Origin: Acidobacteriota bacterium
GTDB lineage: Bacteria; Acidobacteriota; UBA4820; DSQY01
Length of the DNA: 64,000 nt
Assembly: GCA_049967655.1 (NCBI GenBank)
Contig: JBMFSH010000005.1
Coordinates: 29,264-93,263 of the forward strand
Direction of reading: 5' to 3'
Part shown: positions 18,929 to 27,450 of the stretch, one piece after another
Layout of the letters: each line of letters starts with the position of its first letter
Numbering within the stretch: the stretch's first letter is position 1
Made by a program: the position numbers and the translations under genes
Notes under the pieces: generated by a model
Told to the model about the DNA's origin: nothing
Seen by the model: only the letters and a program-made list of their open reading frames with translations
The model's database searches: none

Positions 18929-20011
18929 ATGGAGAAACGGGCATCGTGGGTTCGGATTCTCATCCTCGTGCTGATGGCGTCCTTTACGCTGTCGCTCCAC
19001 TACATGCTCTTTCCGATGCCCCATTGGCTTCACCTGCTTCATCGCCGCCTCTGTTACGTGCCCATCCTCCTGGGGGGGCTCTGGTTCGGGTTGGCCGGGG
19101 GCTCTGGCGTGGCCCTGGTGATCTCATCCGCCACGCTTCCGCTGGCGCTCATGAATCATGGGCCCCTGTGGACCAACGAGGACCTCATCGAGATCACCTT
19201 TTACCTCGGCCTCGGCATCCTCACGGGCGTGCTCGTGGACAAGCGGGAGCGGGAGCGTTCGAACGCCGAGCGGCTCCAGCAGCAACTGGAGCGGAGCGAG
19301 CGGCAGGCCGCCCTCGGCCGCCTCGCTTCGGGTGTGGCCCACGAGGTGCGCACGCCGCTGGGTTCCATCCAGGGCGCGGCTGAAATCTTGGCCGAGGACT
19401 TTCCTGAAGGCCATCCCAAGAAGGCCTTTCTCGATATCCTCCTGGCCGAAGTAGACCGCCTCAAGGCGGTGGTGCAGGAGTTTCTGGATCTGGGGCGGCC
19501 CATCACGGTGGAACCAGAGGAGCTGGGAGCCAAGAATATTGCCGAAGCCTGCCGCAACAGCCTCCTAGCGTTTGCCGAGGGCACCGGGGTGCGGGTCCAC
19601 TTGCGGGTGCCCGCGAACTGCCGCGTCTGGGCGGATCCATTTCGTCTCCACCAGGCGCTCACGAACCTCCTGCGCAATGCCATCCAGGCCTCGGCAAGAG
19701 GCGGACGGGTGCACATTAGCGCCTGGATGGCCGGGGAGGGGTGCCTTTTCGCTGTGGAAGACGAAGGCTCTGGCCTGCCTCTGGGCGAAGAAGGCCGGCT
19801 CTTCGAGCCCTTCTTCACGAAGCGAAAGGACGGGACGGGGCTCGGCCTCGCCCTGACGCGGCAGATCGCGGAGGCGCACGGAGGCTGGGTGAAGGGAGAG
19901 AACAGGCCCGAAGGTGGTGCCCGCTTCAGCCTATGGCTGCCCGGGCGCGGCCCAGAGCCTGTGGAAGCTGGCGGGGGCGTTGTCCTGAACAACCGGACGG
20001 AGGGGAGCTGA
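18929..20011 (+). CDS. Membrane sensor histidine kinase with His-rich intramembrane input domain
   Basis: HEVRTPL H-box, NAIQA, EDEGSG, FEPFFT, GTGLGL; LHYMLFPMPHWLHLLH loop. Confidence 0.92.
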   Translation: MEKRASWVRILILVLMASFTLSLHYMLFPMPHWLHLLHRRLCYVPILLGGLWFGLAGGSGVALVISSATLPLALMNHGPLWTNEDLIEITFYLGLGILTGVLVDKRERERSNAERLQQQLERSERQAALGRLASGVAHEVRTPLGSIQGAAEILAEDFPEGHPKKAFLDILLAEVDRLKAVVQEFLDLGRPITVEPEELGAKNIAEACRNSLLAFAEGTGVRVHLRVPANCRVWADPFRLHQALTNLLRNAIQASARGGRVHISAWMAGEGCLFAVEDEGSGLPLGEEGRLFEPFFTKRKDGTGLGLALTRQIAEAHGGWVKGENRPEGGARFSLWLPGRGPEPVEAGGGVVLNNRTEGS

Positions 20012-20013
20012 TC

Positions 20014-21345
20014 GTGGCGCGCGCCGCACGCATTCTGATGGTCGAGGACGATCCCAACCTGCGCAGGATCCTCTCCTACCACCTGGAGAGGCTGGAGTAC
20101 GCCGTGGCCCAAGTGGCCGACGGACGCTCCGCGCTTGAGCGCCTGGCAGTCGAGCCCTTCGATCTCGTCGTTACGGATGTGCGCATGGCGGGAATGGACG
20201 GCATCGAGCTGCTGAAGGCCATCCGCGAGAAGGATCCCGACCTGCCCGTGGTGGTCATGACGGCCTACGGGACCATTCAGGATGCGGTGGAGGCCATGCG
20301 GCTCGGGGCCGCCGACTACCTCACGAAACCCGTCGAGCGGGAGACTCTTCTGCTCACGGTCCAGAAAGCGCTGAGGGTCTCGGACCTCCGCAAAGAGAAC
20401 CGGCGCCTGAGAGAGAACCTCCAGGAGAAGCGGCCCGTCGAATCCATCCTGGGCACGAGCGCCCCCATCCAGAGGCTTCTCGATGCCATCCGCCGCGTGG
20501 CTCCCACGGACGCAACGGTCCTGATCACGGGGGAGAGCGGCACGGGAAAGGAGCTCGTGGCCCGCGCCCTCCACTCGCTCTCCCCGAGAGGCGGCAAGCC
20601 ATTCGTGGCCATCAACTGCGCCGCCATGCCCAGGGAACTCCTGGAGAGCGAGCTCTTCGGGCACGAGCGGGGCGCCTTCACGGGAGCCACCGAGAGCAAG
20701 CCCGGCAAGTTCGTGCAGGCCAACGGCGGCACCCTCTTTTTGGACGAGATCGGCGACATGGACCTGTCGCTCCAGGCCAAGATCCTCCGGGTTCTTCAGG
20801 AGCGGGTCGTGGACCCGGTCGGCTCGCGTGGCTCGAAAGCGGTGGACGTGAGGATTCTGGCGGCCACCCATCGGGACCTGTCGGGGGCGGTGAAGGCGGG
20901 AGCCTTTCGGGAGGACCTCTACTGGCGCCTCAACGTGATTCCTCTTGGCGTGCCCCCCCTGAGAGAGCGCATGGAGGACGTGCCGATTCTCTTTTCGCAT
21001 TTCTGCCGGCAGTATGGTGGGGGCGAACCCAGACTCGAACCCGGGGCCATGGCGATTCTCCGCAGTTACCGATGGCCAGGGAACGTCCGCGAGCTCCAGA
21101 GCCTGTGCCAGCGCTTGGCCATCCTCCACCCGGGCCAGGTGGTGGTCCCGGCCATGCTCCCCCCCGAGATGCGGGGCATGGAGCAGGAGGCGGGATCGCC
21201 GGCGGAAGGCTTGTGGGGCATGGAGCGGGAGGCCATCGTGAGAGCCCTCCGGGAGCACAACGGGAACCAGTCCGCCGCGGCCCGCTCCCTTCGCATCCCC
21301 AGGCACATCCTCATCTACCGCATGAAGAAATACGGCCTGTCCTGA
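20014..21345 (+). CDS. sigma54-dependent response regulator (NtrC/ZraR family)
   Basis: REC (VEDD, TDVRM), GESGTGKE, GAFTGA, WPGNVREL, Fis-type HTH. Confidence 0.94.
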   Translation: MARAARILMVEDDPNLRRILSYHLERLEYAVAQVADGRSALERLAVEPFDLVVTDVRMAGMDGIELLKAIREKDPDLPVVVMTAYGTIQDAVEAMRLGAADYLTKPVERETLLLTVQKALRVSDLRKENRRLRENLQEKRPVESILGTSAPIQRLLDAIRRVAPTDATVLITGESGTGKELVARALHSLSPRGGKPFVAINCAAMPRELLESELFGHERGAFTGATESKPGKFVQANGGTLFLDEIGDMDLSLQAKILRVLQERVVDPVGSRGSKAVDVRILAATHRDLSGAVKAGAFREDLYWRLNVIPLGVPPLRERMEDVPILFSHFCRQYGGGEPRLEPGAMAILRSYRWPGNVRELQSLCQRLAILHPGQVVVPAMLPPEMRGMEQEAGSPAEGLWGMEREAIVRALREHNGNQSAAARSLRIPRHILIYRMKKYGLS

Positions 21346-21576
21346 CCGCTCTAGCGTGGAGTCCGAGCCCGCGCCAGCCATCGTGAGGCCCATCGAGCTC
21401 TGGGTATATCCATCCTCCCGATAAGCTCGGTTCCTTCGGGGGCACGGAGGACATTGATCGGCTGGGAAGTGGCCGCTGCGACAGCGGTGCGCGGTTTTGA
21501 TGGCCTTGTCTGGACCCGCCTTGCCCTGTTTCGGACCGTCTACTTCTGAGCGCGGCGGGTGGGCAGGCGGGGACGA

Positions 21577-21592
21577 TGGCACCGAGGTTGCA
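21577..21592 (+). promoter_or_regulatory. sigma54 -24/-12 promoter
   Basis: TGGCACCGAGGTTGCA, near-consensus, ~100 bp upstream of ATG 21695. Confidence 0.82.
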
Positions 21593-21694
21593 CTAGAACC
21601 CGTGGCCGATGGGCCTTGAAAGGGTGAATGGACTGCGAACGCGGATGTTAAAGAAAGAAGATCGTGGAGAGAAGTATTCAGAAAGGAGCGCATC

Positions 21695-22726
21695 ATGATG
21701 AATAGTAGACAGGCTCGACCGGGGAAAACCAGGGCGACTCACACTCATCGGCCCGTGCGGGCCACCGCTTGGCTGTGCGGGGTGCTGGCCGCAACGCTGT
21801 TGGCCGCGGCGACTCTGCCCGCCAGCGCTCAGACCACGGGAATGCCCGAGGGGATGGCCTACTTCGCCGGTCCCATCACGGCCATGGACGGCAGCAGCGT
21901 CACCATCCAGGGGGCTCAACTCGCCCTGGGCTCTCAGGCCGTCTACGTGGGTGAGGACGCCTCCGGAAATCTGCAGACGCTGACGCCCGCCGACTTCCAG
22001 GTGGGAGAAGTGGTCACGGCCTTCGAAACCAACAGCAGCGGCACTCCGACCCTCACGTCCCTCTACCGGGGCCTGACCTTCATGATTCAGGGCCAGGTGA
22101 CGGCCATTCAGAACGACTCCCAAGGCAACCCGCAGACCGTCACGGTGGATGGTGTCTACACCATCAACGTCTCGCAGACGCTTTTTGATGGTATGGATTC
22201 CGCCAACATGGGCAACGGCATGGGCGGCAACATGTCCGGCGGCATGGGCTCCGGAGGCATGATGGGCGGCGGTGGCATGGGCGGTGGCGGCGGCATGGGC
22301 GGTGGCTCAGGCAGCGGTTCCGGCGGTGGCATGGGCGGTGGTGGCATGGTCAAAGAGAGCACCATGGTCAGCGACACCCAGCTCCTTGAGGTGGGCTCTT
22401 ACGTCGCCTTCGGCGGCATCGTGAGCAACGGCCTGTATGCCGCCGTCTTCGGCCACGTGATGGCCAACGGCATGATGGGAAACGGCTCCATCCAGAGCCT
22501 CATGCACGACTCCTCGGGCAACGTGTCCGGCTTCATGATGAGCAAGGGCGGCACCAGCACCAACGTGGTGATGAACGGCGCCACGCAGATCACCAAGAAG
22601 GGCCAGATGATGTCCGGCAACTCTCTCACTACGGGGATGAAGGTCAAAGTCCAGGGCCTTACGCGGGCCGACGGCTCCATACTGGCCCAGTCCATCACGG
22701 TCAAGGGCGGCGGCGGAATGATGTAG
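21695..22726 (+). CDS. Secreted Met/Gly-rich beta-repeat (DUF5666-like) protein
   Basis: AAGGAG RBS; signal peptide ending ASA; repeats like GMKVKVQG...DGSILAQSITV; central GGMG tract; ~30 Met in 343 aa. Confidence 0.8.
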   Translation: MMNSRQARPGKTRATHTHRPVRATAWLCGVLAATLLAAATLPASAQTTGMPEGMAYFAGPITAMDGSSVTIQGAQLALGSQAVYVGEDASGNLQTLTPADFQVGEVVTAFETNSSGTPTLTSLYRGLTFMIQGQVTAIQNDSQGNPQTVTVDGVYTINVSQTLFDGMDSANMGNGMGGNMSGGMGSGGMMGGGGMGGGGGMGGGSGSGSGGGMGGGGMVKESTMVSDTQLLEVGSYVAFGGIVSNGLYAAVFGHVMANGMMGNGSIQSLMHDSSGNVSGFMMSKGGTSTNVVMNGATQITKKGQMMSGNSLTTGMKVKVQGLTRADGSILAQSITVKGGGGMM

Positions 22727-22959
22727 CAGCGAGGCTCTCCTCGTCAGACACTTCTGGAGACCGCGTCAGGCCGCGATGGTTCCGGGCCTCCGGCCGCGGT
22801 GGGTGGTGAAATTTCCCCAGCGACGGGGCGTTGGTAGGGACGTGGGCAGCCGAAGGCTGTGGCACGGGAACCAGACCCCTTGGGGATCAAACCTCCCCCA
22901 CGGAAGGCCGAGGCCTTCCGATTCTTACCGCCGAGGCGCTCGGCAAAGGAGGAGAAGTC

Positions 22960-23271
22960 ATGAACCGGAAGCTCAAGTCGGTGGTAGTGAATGCGGCGGT
23001 GGCCGGTATGATCGCGGGGTTTGCGGCGGCGGCGCCGGCCTCCGCGGCGGAGCGCGGTGCCGCCAAGATGACCAGCAACGGGTGCGGCGGGAAGAATGGA
23101 TGTGGGTCGTCCAACTCGACCTCGCAGAACCAGCAAGCGAAAAGCAAGGATCCGAAAGCCGCCAAGGCGGCCACTTCGACCCAGACGAAAGCATCCACCA
23201 AGGGACCCAAGAAGGTCGCTCCCAAGGCGGCCCCGGCCAAGACTTCGGCCGAGACGCCGTCCAAGAGCTGA
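22960..23271 (+). CDS. Putative MNIO RiPP precursor (signal peptide, NGCGGKNGCG core, Lys/Ala-rich tail)
   Basis: AGGAGGAG RBS; 103 aa; lies directly upstream of DUF692. Confidence 0.82.
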   Translation: MNRKLKSVVVNAAVAGMIAGFAAAAPASAAERGAAKMTSNGCGGKNGCGSSNSTSQNQQAKSKDPKAAKAATSTQTKASTKGPKKVAPKAAPAKTSAETPSKS

Positions 23272-23419
23272 GATTGCCGCCGGGGCATCATCCGCCCGGC
23301 GGTTATGGCTCTCGCCCGCGCGGGGGCGCGGAGGCGCGGAGGCGGAAGGTGAAGTCGCCGGAGACGGCTTCTTGCCCCTGCGGTCCTCGGCCCCCGGTGG
23401 GCGATGGGAGGACACTCGT

Positions 23420-24265
23420 TTGAGCGAAACCCGATGGGGGTTTCCAGACCTGGGACTGGGGGTGGGGCTGCGCTCGCCGCACTTCGGGCACATCCTTGCG
23501 GAGCGGCCCGAGGTGGGTTTCTTCGAAGTGCTCACGGAGAACTATCTGGACACGGAGGGCCTTCCCCTCTACGTCCTGGACTGGGTGGCCGAGCGCTACC
23601 CCGTCGTCATGCACGGCGTGTCGCTCTCCATCGGATCGAGCGATCCCCTGGACTTCGGCTACCTGGCGAAGGTCAAGGCGCTGGCCGCCAGAACGAAGGC
23701 CTGCTGGATTTCGGATCACCTGTGCTGGACCGGCGTGCTGGGGCGCAACACTCACGACCTCCTGCCCATCCCCTACACCGAGGAGTCGCTTCGCCACGTG
23801 AGCGAGCGCATCCGGGTGGTCCAGGATGTGCTGGAGCGTCCGCTGGTACTGGAGAACGCCTCCACCTACCTGGAGTTCGTCCCCTCCCAGATGAGCGAGT
23901 GGGAGTTCATCGCCCGCATGGCCGAGGAGGCCGACTGCGGGCTGCTCCTGGACGTGAACAACGTCTACGTGAGCGCCTTCAACCACACCTTCGACGCCGA
24001 GGAGTACGTGGACGCCATCCCGGGCGATCGGGTGTGCCACATCCACGTGGCCGGGCACACGCACAAGGGGACGCACATCCTGGACACGCACAGCGACCGC
24101 GTGGTGGACCCCGTGTGGGCCCTCTACGGGCGCGCGCTGCGGCGCATGGGTCTGCGGAGCACCCTACTGGAATGGGACGCGGACATCCCCCCCTTCGAGG
24201 TGGTGCACGCCGAGGTGCTCAAGGCGCGGGCCTGGCGAAATCGGGAGGCGGCCCGTGCGGCGTGA
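23420..24265 (+). CDS. Multinuclear non-haem iron oxidative enzyme (MNIO, DUF692/MbnB-TglH-BufB family)
   Basis: GVGLR, ENY, HGVSLSIG, SDHLCW, DLLP, LEN, LLDVNN, HVAGH, DTH, LEWD; TTG start after GGAGGA. Confidence 0.93.
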   Translation: MSETRWGFPDLGLGVGLRSPHFGHILAERPEVGFFEVLTENYLDTEGLPLYVLDWVAERYPVVMHGVSLSIGSSDPLDFGYLAKVKALAARTKACWISDHLCWTGVLGRNTHDLLPIPYTEESLRHVSERIRVVQDVLERPLVLENASTYLEFVPSQMSEWEFIARMAEEADCGLLLDVNNVYVSAFNHTFDAEEYVDAIPGDRVCHIHVAGHTHKGTHILDTHSDRVVDPVWALYGRALRRMGLRSTLLEWDADIPPFEVVHAEVLKARAWRNREAARAA

Positions 24266-25124
24266 TCCCAACCTCAGGACGAGCGCCTTCCCCCTGGACG
24301 TAGTGCAGCGGTGGCTGCAGGCGGTGATCGTCCACCCGGGCGGGCTGCAGGAGGCGCTGGCCTCCGAGGAGGCCTCGCGGGAGCTGCCGGCGGGGAGCCT
24401 CGAGGATCTCGTGAAGCCCTCCGCCACCCTCACCGCCGAAGCGCGCGTTGCGATCTACCATGAGATGGTCCTGCTCCGGATGCGGGAGGCGCTGGCCGCG
24501 GACTACCCGGTGACCCAGTACCTCCTCGGCGAGGAGGCTTTCACCGCGCTCGTGCGGGACTACCTCCAGCGCTACCCCTCGCGGAGCTACACCCTCAACC
24601 GGCTGGGGGACCACCTGCCGCAGTTTTACCTGGACGAACCCGAGCGGGCGGGCGCCGCCTTCCTGCACGACCTGACGAGCGCCGAGCTGGCCCTCGCGCA
24701 GGCCTATGAGGAGGCCGAGTCACCGGTGCTGACACCGGATGCGGTGCTCGCGGTCCCGGCGGCGGCTTGGCCTCAGGTCCGGCTCGTCCCCGTAGCCTCT
24801 CTGCGCCTCCTGGCCCTGCGCCATCCGGTGCTGCCCTTCATGGAGGCCTGCAGGCTGGAGCTGCCCTGCCCCACGCCCAGGAGCGGTGCGACCTGGCTCG
24901 CCGTCTGGCGGAAGGACTACACCCTCCATCGAAGGAGACTCAGCCGCGCCGAGCACCGTCTCCTCCATGCCCTCGCCGCAGGGCTCCCCCTGGGGCAGGC
25001 GCTGGTGGAGACCGCCGCCTCTCTCAAGGGCTCCGACGCTTCCAAGCGGATCCGGAGGTGGTTCCGCACCTTCGTGGCCGAGGGCCTGTTCTCCCGGATT
25101 GACCTGCGGGGCTGTCAGCCTTAA
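24255..25124 (+). CDS. MNIO partner protein (DUF2063, BufC/HvfC-like)
   Basis: RVAIY, LAADYP, YLQRYPSRSYTLNRLG; overlaps MNIO stop. Confidence 0.85.
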   Translation: MRRDPNLRTSAFPLDVVQRWLQAVIVHPGGLQEALASEEASRELPAGSLEDLVKPSATLTAEARVAIYHEMVLLRMREALAADYPVTQYLLGEEAFTALVRDYLQRYPSRSYTLNRLGDHLPQFYLDEPERAGAAFLHDLTSAELALAQAYEEAESPVLTPDAVLAVPAAAWPQVRLVPVASLRLLALRHPVLPFMEACRLELPCPTPRSGATWLAVWRKDYTLHRRRLSRAEHRLLHALAAGLPLGQALVETAASLKGSDASKRIRRWFRTFVAEGLFSRIDLRGCQP

Positions 25125-25148
25125 CCTGACCGGGCCGGGATCGTCGAA

Positions 25149-25547
25149 ATGGATCGACTGTACGAGGCCGGAGCGGACGCCGTAGTTCTTGTCCATGTCG
25201 GATTCGTTCTCTTTGCGGTGTTCGGGGGATTGCTGGTGCGGCGCCGGCCGGGACTGGCGTGGGTTCACCTGCCGGCCCTGATGTGGGCCGGAGCGGTGGA
25301 GTTCGCCGGCTGGATCTGCCCGTTGACGCCGCTGGAGGACTGGCTCCGTGTCCGGGGCGGCGGAAGCGCCTACCGCGGCGACTTCATCGCCCACTACCTC
25401 CTGCCCGTGCTCTATCCGGCGGGGCTCACGCGCGGGGTCCAGCTCCTCCTCGGCCTCCTGCTCGTCCTCTTCAACGCGGCCGTGTACGCGTGGGTTCTGC
25501 GCTCCAAGCGGAGGAACGGCGAAAAGCCTCCCGGCCGCGGAGCCTAG
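25149..25547 (+). CDS. DUF2784 family membrane protein
   Basis: ADAVVLVH, HLPA, CPLTPLE, FIAHY, LYP motifs. Confidence 0.82.
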   Translation: MDRLYEAGADAVVLVHVGFVLFAVFGGLLVRRRPGLAWVHLPALMWAGAVEFAGWICPLTPLEDWLRVRGGGSAYRGDFIAHYLLPVLYPAGLTRGVQLLLGLLLVLFNAAVYAWVLRSKRRNGEKPPGRGA

Positions 25548-26956
25548 ACCAGGGCCACCGCCTTCCCCTGCTTCAGGATCTCGACCGAGCGCACGCCCAG
25601 CCCCAGTAGGTGCTCCCTGAGGTGAGACTGAGCCGAAGGCTCGCCGTGGACCAGGAAGACGCGCTTGAGGCGGCTCTGATCGAGGCCCGAGACGAACTCG
25701 CCGATTTCGCGGTAGTCGGCGTGGGCGGAGAAGGCGTTGAGGATCTTGACGCGGGCCTTGACCTCGTGGAGCTGCCCGAAGATCTTCACCTCGGGGCGCT
25801 TGTCCGCCAGGGCTCGTCCTAGCGTGTTGGCGGCCATGAAGCCGACGATGAGGATGGTGTTGCGCGGGTCGCCCACTCCGTGTAGGAGGTGATGGACGAT
25901 GCGCCCAGCCTCGCACATGCCCGAGGCGGAGATGATGACGCACGGTATCCGCAGGTCGTTGAGCTTCTTGGACTCCTCGGGATCGCTGACGTAGTGGAGC
26001 GAGTCGAAGGTGAAGGGGCCCGAGGCGCATTCGAGGAAGCCCGAGCAGACGTCCGTATCGAAGCACTCGCCGTGGGCCCGGAAGATGCCCGTCGCCGACA
26101 CGGCCATGGGGCTGTCCACGTAGACGGGGATGGGCGGTATGCGGCCGGCGTCGTGCAGGTGGTGGAGCAGGAAGATCAGCTCCTGCGTCCTCTCCACCGC
26201 GAAGGCCGGGATGATGACCCGTCCTCCCCGCGAGGCGGCGTCGTTGATGACCTGCGCCAGCTCCGACTCGGCCAGGCTCATGTCGTCGTGGAGCCTGTCG
26301 CCGTAGGTGCTCTCGCAGACGAGATAGTCCACGGCGGGCAGGGGGTCCGGGTCGCGCAGAATGGGCATGTTCTTGCGGCCGAGGTCCCCCGTGAAGCCGA
26401 CGGCGAGGGGTTCCCCATCGTTCTGCACCTCGAGCCGTACCATGGCCGAGCCCAGGATGTGGCCGGCGTCGTAGAGGGTCGCCGTCACCCCTGGAGCGAT
26501 CGGGTAGGGCCGCCGGTAGGCCGTCGTGACGTACTGGCCCAACGCCGCCTCCACGTCGGCCTCGTCGTAGAGCGGCGCGAAGATCTTGCGCCAGGGCTGG
26601 TGGTTCCTGTGCTGCTGCTTTTCGAGGAAGCGCGCGTCGTAGGCCTGGATGCGAGCCGAATCGCGCAGGACGAGGCTGGCGATGTCGCGCGTGGCCGGGG
26701 TGGAGAGGATGTCACCCGAGAAGCCCTGCTTCACGAGGACGGGGTAGGCGCCGCAGTGGTCCAGGTGGCCGTGGGTGTTGATGCAGGCGTAGAGGGAGTA
26801 AGGCGAGAACGGAAGCTCCAGGTTCTTGCGGTGGGCCTCCTCCCGGTGTCCCTGAAAGATGCCGCAATCCACCAGGAGCCGGACGTGGCTGGTTTCGAGC
26901 ATGTGCTTGCTCCCGGTCACCTCTTCCGCCGCCCCGTATGCCGTGAGTTTCAGCAT
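25544..26956 (-). CDS. MBL-fold/beta-CASP RNA-metabolising metallohydrolase
   Basis: VTGS, THGHLDHCG, AGHILGS, ESTYG, SGM, FSAHAD, VHGE. Confidence 0.92.
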   Translation of the reverse strand: MLKLTAYGAAEEVTGSKHMLETSHVRLLVDCGIFQGHREEAHRKNLELPFSPYSLYACINTHGHLDHCGAYPVLVKQGFSGDILSTPATRDIASLVLRDSARIQAYDARFLEKQQHRNHQPWRKIFAPLYDEADVEAALGQYVTTAYRRPYPIAPGVTATLYDAGHILGSAMVRLEVQNDGEPLAVGFTGDLGRKNMPILRDPDPLPAVDYLVCESTYGDRLHDDMSLAESELAQVINDAASRGGRVIIPAFAVERTQELIFLLHHLHDAGRIPPIPVYVDSPMAVSATGIFRAHGECFDTDVCSGFLECASGPFTFDSLHYVSDPEESKKLNDLRIPCVIISASGMCEAGRIVHHLLHGVGDPRNTILIVGFMAANTLGRALADKRPEVKIFGQLHEVKARVKILNAFSAHADYREIGEFVSGLDQSRLKRVFLVHGEPSAQSHLREHLLGLGVRSVEILKQGKAVALV

Positions 26957-27450
26957 GCTCTCCTCCTCCGCTCCCAGGGTACCGCCCAGCGCGCCGTTAG
27001 GCAAACGCAGGGCGTAATCCCCAATCCCGCGATGGAGGAGGGGAATAGCCGTGGAAGGCGTGGCAGGTCACGAGTAGTGGGAAAGGGAGTCACACCCACT
27101 GAGAGATTGGGGCCATTGAGGCGAAGGCGAAGAGGGCGCCAAGGGAGTCGACGGAGGAGCCCGCCGTGGCCCGTTTTCTGACGCGCGGGCAAAGAGAGCC
27201 CTGGGCCCGGTGATCGAAGCTTGCCAGCCCTTCTTCGATTCGCTGAACGTGGTACGGCTGAAGGGAACGCAAATACAGGCCATTCTCAAACGCTACACGG
27301 CGATGCGGTGGACCGAGGCGCACGGAAGCCTGTGCCTGGAGAGCGGCCGCGAGGCGGAAGGGCCCCGGCGCTGCCGGGGCCCGCGATGGACGATGGGAAT
27401 GGAATGGGTTCTCTGAAGCCGTCGACCGCCACCGGCCAGACCGGCGGTTC

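Noticed and set aside
19201..21696. 831-aa minus-strand ORF
   Set aside because: Antisense shadow of the kinase and regulator genes
22190..22348. GGCGGCATG-type DNA tandem repeats as a repeat element
   Set aside because: Fully explained by the in-frame Gly/Met coding tract
22860..22875. sigma54 promoter TGGCACGGGAACCAGA before the precursor
   Set aside because: Perfect -24 box but AG instead of the required GC at -12
23269..23271. Selenocysteine readthrough of the precursor TGA
   Set aside because: The TGA is not in a Cys-motif context; the downstream hairpin is adequately explained as an mRNA stability element
22960..25124. Methanobactin cluster
   Set aside because: The precursor has a Sec-type signal instead of an MbnA leader; the partner is DUF2063-like; no TonB receptor or MATE exporter nearby
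27120..27416. Small ORF or pseudogene between the beta-CASP and HAO genes
   Set aside because: No convincing RBS or recognisable motif; cannot be supported without a homology search
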